Shown here: positions 25,301-38,423 of the stretch, in pieces | Layout of the letters: every line of letters starts with the position of its first letter | Position numbering within the stretch: the stretch's first letter is position 1 | Assembly (NCBI GenBank): GCA_049724395.1 | Contig: JAUGWO010000086.1 | Location: forward strand, 1-64,000 | Length of the DNA: 64,000 nucleotides | Direction: 5' to 3' | Source: Spongospora subterranea f. sp. subterranea | Lineage: Eukaryota | Position numbers and translations under genes: made by a program | The notes under the pieces: generated by a model | Seen by the model: the letters and a program-made list of their open reading frames with translations, nothing else | Database searches by the model: none | What the model was told of the DNA's origin: nothing

Positions 25301-28300
25301 TCTAACCTTTCCCTTGCTCGGACCCTTCGAAGGGTTTATGATTTTACTAAATTTGACCTCCTCCTAAACAGATACATTATTTAAGTATGAAGGGCAGATG
25401 TCAAGAGCAACTTCCGTACTTGCTCGGCGCTGCGCATCGATAGAATGTCCATTTCGGAATTAAAGTCCAAACTCACTACATTCTCGAAGCATTTTGAAAG
25501 GTGTGGCTGAACTGAATTGGGGTCTTTCGTTTGCGAGAGTATCTCTAACAATTCATCATTGGATAAAAAGAAGAATCTAGGGAACGCATGGCGTTTGATT
25601 TCCAGATATTCGTTGAGACCCTAACGTCATCATTGATGAAGACTTACATTTTAAAGTGTTGAAATCCGACAAACCTTTTGAATCAGGTCTAATATCTTAT
25701 TAGATTCTAAGAAGCCCTTATGAAGGTTATCGACCTCTGAAACAAATTCGAGCAAATTGGGTCGGGCAAAAGCTGCTGCCATCGTTTTTCTCCAATATTG
25801 ATCAACCATCTTCAAAACGACAACTCAGAATAAATGACAAGATAAGTTGGTACAATGATTGACCTGAAAACGTCTAGCCTCAACAGGCATTTGCCGCATG
25901 ATGTCATCGCTAGTGAATATTGGATCTAGGTAAAGCCATGTCTTTTGACATGACAACCATTCCTCTGTTACTTTGGCAACCAAATTCAAACGGCCCTACA
26001 GCACCAATATCAATAACTGTTAAGTATTGTATGTGAAACCTATTTTCGAGTACCTCCCACTTCTTAACCCGAGCATCAAATGCTTTAATATATGGAGACC
26101 CTCTCATTGTCTGAGTTTTCACGATGTGGTCATCCAGCGTTGCCAAAGCGTCATCTATTTCAACAATTTTGTACGTCCCAGTCGATTTATGGGGTAGAAT
26201 CTGCAACAGATTTTTTTAGCGTAGTGAATCATTTGGTTTTCAAATATAGTACCTTCAGGTTAACAGACTTCCATTCATCTTCCATTTTGTCGAGTGTGTG
26301 TTCTAAGGAGTACTCCTTATCAGCATAAACACAGATTTCATCAATTTTCTCCCTATACGAACGTCAAGACGAATTGAGTGACGTCGAAGAAAGTTACTTA
26401 TGAGCATGCACATCGAGAGATAGAAGCTGGGCCCAAGTCAACGATTGATCAGGATATATTCCTTGTCCTAATAGTTCTGAAATCTGCTGCCAATGGCGGG
26501 GACGAAGGCCCGGGTTTCGAAGGTTGGATATAATTGGAAGGTGTAGACGAAAATCAGCGATGCTCTGCTTGGTAATGTTTGCCACCTATTCATTACAATA
26601 AGCAATCTATCCACCATGGCAATTTCCCCATCTTGCACAACCTCCGCCGATGCTTTGGCGTCCTTTTCCGTTAGCAATTTCTCCAATCTGTACATCTCTT
26701 TCCACCATTGACTGACATCGTTTTCTAGTTTTTCCGGGTCCCTATGGGTTTGAATCGCTGGATCAGGACCAGGTATTGCTTAATTGCTGCATGCTTACAG
26801 TTCAATAAACGATCCAGTCATCCAAATTGTGTGGGAATTGTGGAACAGTGACGCAATACTCCATAATTTCAGTACGGGCTCAAAATCGGCTTTGATTGAG
26901 TCGAGCTCTGAATACTCTAAGCTGGAAGTTAGATTTGCGGGTCCAGAATGCTGGACGCATTCACCAGTGGTTTCCATTTCAAACAAGCGTTCGCGATCAT
27001 TAAACGACTGAACCAGTTTATCGGCTTTATCAAGCTTATCTTGGAGAACATCAACTTGTGAAGCTCTTTCTTCCATTTTGTCGTTGCCACATTTTCCATA
27101 TTGATACAGGGACCTCACCTAAAGTCCAAAAATTGATGAGCGCGGGAAACAGCTCTCCATATAACAACCTCAGTCTTATACTGTGATAAGAATCCTTGGA
27201 ACTTCTCCTGTTCCGCGACCAGTTCTTCTTTGAACTTCATATTGTCTTCTTGAATCGTCATTCTAGTATCCTGAATTGCCGCTCGAATTTGTTTAGGCCA
27301 TGCAACAACCTAATTCCACAAACGACACAGCCGTTACTATAGGAAGCGAACCAGTACTACCTTGCGCCTATACCTTCCAGAACAGCTCAAAATCATATTT
27401 CGGTAATGGGGTCTTAAACTCATCAAGAACAGCAATGTCTGACCGGAGCGATTCGATATCTTGCAACATCTGGGGGATCTGATTTGAATTGGCATGTTCA
27501 GAAGAAAGCGATAATCACTTTCAGTAGACTCACCTCAATCTTATCAACTCGTTTGACAAAATCTTTCAACTCAGCTAATTCTGTGACATCCCTGCTGGGT
27601 GCAGTTAATCGAGCCAACTTTCCCATGAACGAGTCGTTCAATGCCTCTGTCACACAACGAACCTACGAGTGAAAACGCTCAATTCACTTCTTTACGACGA
27701 ACATTCGAAGGGCACCTCTTGTAGAAAGCCAGACGTGAGCTGATGTGACATGTCCCTGGCTTTAGCTGCTAACTGCTCCTTAATCATGTCACATTGGACA
27801 ACTATTAAGGGAAAAGTTATCTTATTCGGACAACATTCATATATGCCGGTTTCAGCATCTTTGTATTTTTGAATCTGCAATCTCGTCTCTTCGCAAGTAT
27901 GTTTCCTCATAATTCCCTGCGCTGTCTCATCACCGTTGTCTGATGTATCTGTCCCTGGTTGACTTGTTGACAACGGTACCCCCGCAAACCATTTTTTTAC
28001 AACCGCATCACAGTCCATGTGTAATAAATATTCGAACTGCATAAATTTGTTATATACCTGTTGGCCAAGGGCATTAATGTTGAATTTCGCGCCGCAGTTC
28101 AATTTTACCTCGAGCGGGCCGATTGAGTGAACTTGGTAAAACCGTTGAATTAAACTCTTCTGTCGTTCAGCTTCAGCAAATATATCTGACTCAGTCAAAC
28201 GTCAGAGCTAAATTAGCTTTGAGTGTGAACACAGAATAACCTGGGGTGTTTTCGGGAGAACAAAGTGGGCGAGGACTAAATCCGAGTAACGGGACCACCT

Positions 28301-31300
28301 GATTATCAATCTCGGATAACGTCTGGACCTTAATCGGAACGTCAAGGAGCGTCGATATCACTGATACAATGCTGTCAAGCTCAGGCATAAACGATATCTG
28401 AGCAATTTATATTTGGCAACCGATCATGAAACAACTAAACTGAATATTACCTGGCGAGACACGCTGGATAATTTGAACAAAAACAGCGGAGGATGATCTG
28501 AATATACGCAAGGTGCTATATTGTCAAGTATGAACCTATATGACGATATACTCTGATAAATCAAAATTTAACAAGATTATGGATAGAGAGGATAATTTGC
28601 AATGAGTTACATCATCTGCAGCGTGATTTGAGTCATGTGTCATAACAGCAACATCAGAGGCACCACTAATCTCCTGCCGCATTGGGTTAAACGGATTCAT
28701 TCATGTCTTGAAGTGGAAACAAACCTGAGGTCCATGGGACTCAAACATTTTACAATTGGATTCATATAACGACAGCGTATAAGAATCAAGGTATCGACCC
28801 CATTCGTGAAGATTGACCAAGACCAGTTGTGAGAGGTTTGTCCTCATCAATAAAGCTGTCTTCTGGAGAAATCGCTGCAATTCACTGTCTTCAAATTGAT
28901 CGCGCGAGCGAATAAAGAGGTCGAACACATTTGACAGACGATCTCTGCACTGAAATTTAAACCGATCGGTTTATAATGGTGAATGGTGATACCTGATACA
29001 ATGAACGAACGCTTCGCGCCAATCCGTCTGTAATTGATAGATGAACTCATTAAAGTTGTTATCTTGTTGATCTTGATATGAGTATGCTGATGCAGGCAGA
29101 TCCATTAATGGAACCGGAGCCAGGAATTTTTTATGACGCAATGCTTGCCACGAAGTCTGCATGACTTGAAACACTTCGGCCACCTGGCCAAGTGAAATCA
29201 AACTTTTTCCAGCTCATAGATGAATGTACAAATAACTGATTCTTTGAAACAAAATACCTCTGGTTGCAATGTAAAATGATCATATTCAACTTGACTGCGG
29301 AGTTGAGTAAAGCTGGGGTCGTTGACGAGTCTATCGAGAACTGGATGCCAATATAATCGGGGACCCCGATTCACGTCCAGAGTCCCGAAGAATGGGCTTT
29401 TACCTTTTCTGAACGATTTCTCAGGGACTTGATAGAATCAGACATTTGCTGTACCTTAGTTGTAAGACTGGGATTTTCAACGCCTGAATCTTGGCATTTT
29501 CAGCTGGATTCAACATATTGTAATGCAGCAATGACTGCTTTTGGCTACGAACGTACTCGTCCCGTACCTCACCGAGCAGATCTTCGATAAACGATTGCCT
29601 CATATTGACGATGTTTATCATTTGCCGAGTCCCCTTCATCAATACATGCAGTATTCCCTGAAGGATATCACGCCGCGGAGGTGCAAACTTAGACGCATCC
29701 TGGCCATCAATCAACATTCGATATCTATAAGATGTAGCACATCAGTATACAAATACACGCAACATGTATTGAGTACCTTCTATAGGCTTTGGCCTCTTCG
29801 CGAAGGCGTTCACACATTTGCCGCCTTTGAAAAAACCGAGTTTCGTCTTCAGCGTCAAAGCAAACAGATAATCTGCGGACGTGTTTGCAAAACGAGTCTC
29901 CCGTAGCATTTTGACAATCAGTAAATTGGATTTGGTAGAGCGATGACTGTGGATCATACGATAAAACATGACATTCTAGCCATACCCATTGATGGTTTAT
30001 ACACCATAGAGCTTTAGCCTAGATTGTCATGCCAACAAGATTAGGAATAAAACATGATCGAACTTTTTCACTACCTGAATAGGTTGAGGTAATTGCAGCC
30101 ATTCATCAGGCGTTCTGGTTTCGAATTCATCAGGATCGTCAAATAACTCTAGCGATAATCGTTGTACACGGTCGCGATTTGGATCATATACTAGATCATT
30201 GCAACTCGGTAGTTGATAGTTCGCAATGGAGAGCGCATCATATTGCACCCTGAAAATTTCATTCAGCACAGCGTAAGGGAAATTTACAGAAATATGTACT
30301 CAGGAATGTGGTTCTTTTTTGTGCGTTTCAAGCTTGCTGACGGCTTTGTGGCTTTGAGCTTCTTCATTGTTTCATCATTTAGTACCTGACGATATTTAGC
30401 CAGAAGTGCCCCATTCAATTGGGATACATGAGGGGAATAATGGGCACCAATTCGTTCAGTTATGGTCGCCTAGATCGTCAACATAAGACCATTTCTCGCA
30501 TTAAAATGTATCATCCACCTTTGTTGGGGAAGATCGCGACTTTTTTTCGAACTCTTTTTCGTGATCATCTCGATTTGCCCTTCGTAATATTTCGTTCTTA
30601 GAATATGGAAATTTCGGGGTCAGTAACCGCCTGATAGGTTGCGTTGATTTCTGCAATGACCGGTGAGGCCGTTTTTTCAAAGAAGACAGCGTTGTCGATT
30701 CAGCCTGAATCGCGGCAGATACTTTATCCCTCCAAGACTGGGATGGTGTGGGTAAACCCTCGGGTTCATGACTTTGGAACTGCTCCCCTTTCGGCGCCGT
30801 TGCCGCTGCATCCTCATTACCCGCCGCCGCATTCGCGTATATATTCTGCAGCACGTTCTTGAAATGATGAGCGCGTAACGATTGTAACGACTCCGGCTCC
30901 TCAACAGGAGGGGGAATCATCTGAGAGGAAATTGCGGATTATGAGACCCGATCCCGTCTCTTCTTGGGATTCCGGTTGGGATTACGTTATCTGGCTCGCT
31001 GACTGACTGCCCTTGAACACCGACTGTCGTTAATAGCGCCAGGAGGTCTGGCCCTTCGATACCTGACAGATTTATATCGGGCTTTCTTGTTTTCGAAACA
31101 GTTATTTTCGGGACGATTTGACCCTTGCAACCAAGCACCGAGCGATACCAGTAATGGGCCTGACCACGGGCTCCACTGGACGATGGGTTTCTTTTCACAA
31201 AAGCAGACCTAATCAGTAACTTACTGGCAGCGGCAGCGCCATCATACCTTACAAAGCCCCAGTCTTTGCGACTTATCTCATTTCCGGGTCCATTAGCAAA

Positions 31301-31336
31301 GCATTTTCGACGCTGATACCTTCGTAGGGATGACAC
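13363..31336 (-). CDS. DNAH1: Axonemal inner-arm dynein heavy chain (DNAH1-like), many introns; start codon uncertain
   Basis: AAA1 [13 protein letters not shown]2 [11 protein letters not shown]3 [11 protein letters not shown]4 [14 protein letters not shown]. Also [38 protein letters not shown]-terminal [31 protein letters not shown] and N-terminal [13 protein letters not shown]. Subtype assignment is less certain than family. Confidence 0.95.
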
Positions 31337-31796
31337 ATCCGCTCAGCGATTCAACACTTCTGGCCTCCAGGCGATGCTCGTTCTGTGATTTGCTTAAACT
31401 CCTGTGCTAAGCGATACTATAGTATTCTGGCTGTCGCTTAATAACCGTTTATTACATTGTTAAATATATTCTGTTGTGCATGATCACAATCCTTTCTCCC
31501 CTCCTTCTGTAAATTGCTGACACACTCACCGGTACATTTTTAATGGTCTATCTGCCATTACCGTCTAACTGCAACCAGACGCCGATGATTACATTGATTA
31601 ACATATCCATATCAACCTTGACCGATGGACGCCAGATCATCGATCTAGGGTGCATACGCCAGGAAAAACAGTTTTATTCTGGACAGATCTCGATTTCTGC
31701 GACCTTGACACCTGACACTCACCCTATCCGGCTTGTTGCCACTTCGACAATAACTATGCCCTTGTAGCAAGTTGTCGGCAAAGTACTATAGAGAAG

Positions 31797-33378
31797 ATGG
31801 ATGAGTCTTCATCGCCGTCTAATCGGACGATGCAATCGCTCTCGTTGAATGATCCAAGCTTTGAAGGGCCATACCTTGAGATCATAGATACAGAGCAGAA
31901 ATTCTGCAATAAGTTGGCGCTGTTGGATCAGCAGTTTGCGCGCCGATTGCGAGCCGAGATTCAAATATCGGGGCAAAAAGCGACTCAAATTACAGAGAAT
32001 CAAGTCGATAAATGGTTCACGGGGGTGACGTCACTCCACAACGAGCACGAGAAGCTGCTTAAAATGCTGAGCGGTATGTGATCGAATTCAAAATTACGTA
32101 CGGCTGCCCACTGAGGTTTTCCCTTCAATAAACGCAGCCGGAGGGATTCTAGGATTGGGTATTCGCTTCAAAACGTTTTGCCGCGACGCCAAGAATTTAT
32201 ATGGCGATCATGCTGCCGCGTTCCAGGAGATATCAGACGATATTCGTCAAGCGAGAACGGAGAATCCATGGCTGAACTCGTTCATCAGGGTATCTGAAAC
32301 AGTCGCAGAAGACACATTGCTGTCTCTACGAATATCCCCAATTCAGAGGAGTGGGTTCAGATCTGACCTCATATTGTTCCATGGCAACTTACCTTTAGTA
32401 TAGTCCCTCGTTATTGTTTGATGTTGAACGCTGTCATGGACACAATACCGGAAGATTGCTTAGATGAAAGGCGGGCCGTTCAAGGTAGTGCCAGAAACCC
32501 TGGGTTTCCATAATTGCAACTTTTAATGGGTGCAACACTGTCATTAGAAGCAATGGATGCAATCAATACCATATGTCGTCATATTGATGAAAGCGCCAGC
32601 TATACAGAGCATCATCACCTGGTACGGAACCGAATATTCGTCCCCTTGACACTGCGTGAGTTGATGTTCAGGTTCGACGAATCGAGCGTGATCTATTCCA
32701 TGGACGAATTTCTCTTCGCAATGGGGCTGATCACCGTAAGTTTGTTCATCAAGGCCTTCTTTATAAGGTGACCTACCAAACAAAATAAACCGCATCATCG
32801 TAACTTTGTTGTAGATGTTTGCACAAACAGCTCGTCATGTCACAAAGATGAAAAGGTCAGTTGATCTGGTCTAATCTCGTATTCGCCGGTTGAATCTCCT
32901 TTGTAGATACACGTTTTTATTGTTTTCTGATTGCCTGATCTATGCCGACCTTGCGGCCGCGCATGATCGCAAGTTCAAGCACGCGTTAGATCTGTCCCAG
33001 ATGAAAGTGATCGATATTTCCCTGGGGCAAATTCCTGGAATCTCGAACGCATTCCGAATTGTCAGTATGACCAAGGTAATGACCCCGGATTGGGATATTT
33101 GACAAATGACAACTGGCCGATGTATTAGGTCATTGTCCTATGTGCATCATCAGCTGACGAAAAGCGGTTTTGGATGAACTTGCTGTTAGATCAGATCGAC
33201 GCCGCAGCATCTGAGTCGCGTGAAGGTGCACAATATCAGGTATTCAACTTCTAATAATGCTCCAATAAAACACGATAACGATGCTGTTTTCATCGTAGGA
33301 TATAGAAAGATCTATCAGAATGTTCCGCCCGTCTTTGGGGTCGTGGCCAAAATCCGGAATAGGATGGCGTCAAAATAA
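31797..33378 (+). CDS. DH-PH Rho guanine-nucleotide exchange factor, multi-exon
   Basis: EIIDTEQKFCNKL, spliced ISPIQR/VPRYCLML (DH domain), and YTFLLFSDCLIY, NAFRIVS, CASSADEKRFW (PH domain). Confidence 0.88.
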
Positions 33379-33563
33379 GCCAATTTACAAATCGGCTACG
33401 TATGAGGAATCTGTACTATACTATCGAGCCGGATAAGGCTGATATCAGCATTACATCAATTTATATTGATTTTGTATATGCATTTCGAATTTAGCGCTAA
33501 CAGAAAATGAAAGAGACGACCACTCTGTAAAAATAAAATATGTAATCTCGACATGGGCTGAAG

Positions 33564-36500
33564 TTAGATTGACCGCATCTTTGGCTTTGAAAACGGCAGA
33601 AATGATGGTGATGGCCTTTTGTGTACCCTCTTGCTTGAGAGATCAATGTTTTTGATACAGTTCTGGCTGATTTTGTGGTTTAATTTTGCGCTTATGTCCT
33701 CTATGTTCGGCATCCTTTCGGGTTCAATCCGAATGGTATGATCGTAAACAATGGCTCTCGATATCGATCCTGTTTTCTGTTGAGTTTCGGACGTCACTGA
33801 GGTGTTCTGCTCCGAGGGCTTCAAAATGAAGCGGTTAGCCGTTGTAATACCTTTACCTGAAGAAAATAATCGTTCCGTGGGCGTGCACAAAGATTCAACG
33901 TTTTTTACCAGATGCTGCTTCAAAATTGTTCGTATATGACCTAGTGGAGTCAGTGACTACCTTATGAATCATGGGTGGATTTTCGTGCATATATGGTTGT
34001 CGGGCACCTGTAGAAGAGAGATTAAGACTTCCGATCTATCAATATTCCGATTTTTGGATGGATGGACCTAATCGTAGATTAGATGTTGTCAAGTTGGAGC
34101 TGGACCGATTTTGTGGCGCAGTCATTTCGCTATTGCTCGAAGGATGCCATGTTAAAGGCAATAATGGAAATTCTGATAAGAACCTGGAAGGGATGTTTCT
34201 GTTCCCCTCTTTGTCTGCTATGGCAGTCGTAATATACAAACGTGATTTTGCTCTTGTTAACGCAACATAGCAGATTCGCCTTTCCTCTTCATAATGATCA
34301 AGGGCAGAGAGGTGTGACTAATGTGGAATAAGTCTGATGACCTAAAAATTAAAGAGGTAGCTTACTTGATTGTCCTTTTTGCGTAACGGAAGAACGTCCT
34401 CGACGAATTGTACAAGAAATACGTACGCCCCTGAGATCAGCGGCCCAAAGTAAGTGATACCCACAATTCGACAATAAACACAAAAGCTAAAAAACAAATT
34501 TACATTCGCGTCCCTTCGCTTGATGGATGGTAGACAGCACCACGGAATCGCGGGTGTGGCGACTTTCAGGACATGAAGTGTCACAGGACAGTGTAGGGAG
34601 CATTTGACAGAATTGGTGCAGGGATGACCCATCGCGATCGGCTTGCTCAGCTGCTTCAATAATTGGGCTAATGTCCCCTGGGTAAACTGCAATAAGCGGT
34701 AATTAAACGACTTGAAAATGCGACAATTACTGTGATGAGTGTTTGTAGCATATTGACCATAATTGAAAGTTTTGTCAATGGAACGAATAATTTCGAAACA
34801 AGAAAAGGACCCAGACTTCATCTTGCGCAGCCAAACGGATAACTCCATTAAATGTTCCTTTTGACTGGTGTTGAGGAAAGAATCTGCAAGCTACCGCCAC
34901 AACTCAACTTCAACAATGAGAGGAGAAACCCAATGCATACTCGGAGAAGACTCATATTGGTTACCGACGTTTTCCTTCCCTTAATTTTGGCAACTGTTTT
35001 TGGACCTATGCCGCGCTTAGGGACATTTATTATCCGTAAAAAAGCGGAATCCAACTACGTAACCACAAGCTCAGATGTTGGACGATAAAACTGGATTACA
35101 AAAATATGTACTTCTTCAGTGGAAGAATCCGGTAAATATACCAGCTCGCAGTAAGCGATCAAATCTAGGACCTGACACAGTTGCAGATTGGATTGAATAT
35201 GTTGCAAAACAGATCAGTCGAACCACGGGAGAAACTTTGTCACCGCGAAGCCGCAAGCCATCTTTTCGTTTCTTCTCGTAGGTACTGGAATGGAATGTTT
35301 TCCTATATCGGCAATACTTGAGGATTGGAGACGACATGAAGTACCGCTATAACCTGCTCCATATATATTTTGAAAACTCTTAGAGGCGTATTGATTCTGC
35401 AAAGGATTGCCATATCGGAATACCTGATGGCAACATGTTGAGTATCACATATAAACGGAACGCTTACACTACCTAACTTTCTCGACATCGTGGCAATAAT
35501 TAATGTGTTCAACAACGTCACGTACTTCAACGTCGAGATTCTTGCACGTCCTCTTCTGCTCGACAACGGTGATTATCTTTGAGCAAATAAACAGAATTAT
35601 TTATCACTCACCATAACAGGGCACCCGTGAACGTTGTTTGTGAAAATAGTTTTCGGTATCCGAGCGCAATTCTTACTTATTACTGCAGCAGCTATATCGA
35701 GAATTTCAGGAGTAGATCTATATGTTTCGTTTAAAATTATCGTCTCGCTGGCAGGAAATCGCTCTTTGAAAAGGTCAAAACTGAATGGAACCGCTAAGGA
35801 ATAGCCATTAGCTCCAAATTCACAGAAAATTACCTGCGTGTGTTTCCGATTCGAAATCCATAGATAGACTGGTCGTCGTCTCCTGAAGAGAGAATTGTTT
35901 CTTACGAATGCTGACAAACAAATCCACGTACCACAAATAGTTAATTGTCCAGATTTTCCACGAAGTAAACAGATGAGTTCAATTTGTTCCTCAGAAACAT
36001 CTTGAAATTCATCGACCCTAGAAACATTACTTGATGTCATTCATTCGCGTCAGTCTCTTACAATATATATTTCCATTTGGATTGAAGGTGTTGCAAGATG
36101 GGTTTTCGATCATTGAGTAGCTTCAAAGTGAATGGGACAAAATCATCAAAATCCAACTTTTCGGCAGATCTCTAAGGCAACAATGACGTAATTACATCTT
36201 GCATTAACTGTAAATACCAGAACTTCATTGTATGTTGTAAAGATAAACGCATGCTCTTCGTCAAACTGAGACATTGGCGCCTTAGTATTTTTTGTCGTGC
36301 TAATAAATTTGACATAATCCGCGACTGAACTATCAACATCGAATGAATCCGAATCGTCACGTGTTTTCACACCACTGCTTGACCGCTTTTGAACCATTTC
36401 CCAGATTAGTGTACCAATATTGTCGGTCGGCGATACGTTGGAATCATGACCCTTCTTGTTGCTGTTCCAGAACTCAACGCATTCATAAACCTGAGTAAGA

Positions 36501-36963
36501 ATTTATTTCTGGAAAACTCCGATGTCGTGGTCTTACAATCTTCGAAATCAATTTTTCGTTAGCAACTTTCAGTTTTTTATTGAGTCCAAGTTCTTTAAAG
36601 TTCTCGGTCAATATTTTCAGGCACAGCTGATGAAAGTTGCAAACTTGTAAAGCGCCTGCACGACCTTCTGGAAGCAGTCCATTTATTCTGGCCTTCATTT
36701 CATCGGCTGTAAACGGATTCGTGTTCAGTTATCGACGACAATCAGTGCGTTGCAGTACCAGCGCTTCGCGTGAAAGTTAACGCGAGGATATTCTCTGGGT
36801 TTACTTGTCGTTCGTGTATTAGAGCGGCAATCCGTTTGGTCAAGGTGGCCGTTTTTCCACTGCCGGCGGCTGCCAGGATAACGAGAGGCGCGTCTCCATT
36901 AAATTGCACGGCGAGAAGCTGATCCTTATTGAGCCCTCGGAGATAAGTCGGGGCGGATACCAT
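33564..36963 (-). CDS. UvrD/PcrA/Srs2-family SF1 DNA helicase, multi-exon
   Basis: [78 protein letters not shown]. Confidence 0.93.
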
Positions 36964-37129
36964 AGGGCTCTTGCCAACAGCCCACCGCGCCTATAGAGAT
37001 CTTCTCAGTACGAACACCTATTTCGATGCGATGAGAAGCGATTACCGGATTCAATTGGTTCCTGAATGACATAATAGCTGAGTTTGACCCCATTATGCGT
37101 CTGATGTTACGAATACCACAACCACATGT

Positions 37130-38115
37130 GGTGTAAAAGGGGGATACTGTACGGTAGTTTCACGTTAGCGCAGTCAGATCATCATCAGTCATCATCGCGG
37201 CATGGGGGGATGAGTGCAGCCCCATTTGACACTCACGGCCACTATGTACCTCTCACCCACAACTGTGTCAACCAATTTAACCTCAAACCAACGACGGTTT
37301 TAATGCATTGTGATAAGTCAGGCGGTTGGCGATTGTTGAATTTTTTACACCATCAAACTGGCCCATAAGGTGTTAACAAACTTAGCCGAACTAGGTCCGG
37401 AAAATCCCGAAACTTGGGCGCCAATAAACAACCGTTGCGGTGGGAACCTCTGGCCATAAACCAGCAGTCGACGGTGCCACGCCTGAAAATAATTCGAATA
37501 TCGTAATCGTCTCAATGTCGCTTTCATCAGTAGGTCAACTATCAACGCTTTTGTGTCTTCTGCGCCTTTGTGACACATACAATGTATTTCAACGCGGTTA
37601 TCAGTCCTTTCCGACGAAACGCTTAAAACGATGCGACTTTTTTTTCAGGAATCAGGGTGAACGTGAAAAAAAATACAGTATGGGCTCGAAGTTGTTGTGA
37701 GTGAAGAAACGCTGGCAAAGAATTCATGCCCCACGTTAGCAATCGGGACAATCGGTATTCGATCTACCCACGTTCGATGTTTTTGGAGCTTTGCGAGCAG
37801 TTCGAACGGAGTCGGCGTAACTTTGTGCCTCAAAAAAGTTGAAAATTGTGTTGTATTCAAGTTTACTGAACATTCGTCTGTCTATGAGCGATGTGTTTGA
37901 GGATGGACTCCCAGTTCCCATTTTTAATTATGATCACGCATCGTTTCGGCTCTAGAAAGCCAAGAAGATCAACTGGCCACTTTAATTTGGCCAGCAAATT
38001 AAGCCAGTGATTTCAATATCTACATAGGTATGAGCTGTGTGAATCTACTCTGGCTTCATTTACTGGCGAATTATATATGTATTTGGCCAGTGAATCACTC
38101 ATACCAAGATATTGG
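37130..38115 (-). mobile_element. Degenerate transposon relic sharing terminal motifs with 9920-10120
   Basis: 37972-38030 contains ACTGGCCACTTTAA and AAGCCAGTGATTTCAATATCT. TACCAAGATATTG recurs at ~38102. A broken minus-strand ORF starts at 37921. Family unassigned; left boundary approximate. Confidence 0.5.
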
Positions 38116-38423
38116 CAAATGTAGAAAGGGTGTTGTCCTATATTGATATGAGATCATGACTCAGTGGACGGAAGCGCATAGAATAGGTCTGGAGAATATC
38201 TTGGTCATTTATATCTGTGGAGATGATCGGTTGAAAAATGGCTGCTGATTCTTGAATTGTCCACTGTTTTTTTCGTTCAGGCAATCGATGATCAACGGAT
38301 CACGTTGGGCTTACAAAGGTAATAACAACAATCGCTGATCATGTGCCGAACTTTCATCGCTCAATGATGTCGAAAGGTGTTTCGTATTTTTATTAGCGGT
38401 ATAGTAAGATACTAACACGAATA

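Noticed and set aside
13750..30862. Plus-strand ORFs inside the dynein gene (for example 22080-22628)
   Set aside because: Antisense shadows of dynein exons with no recognisable motifs.
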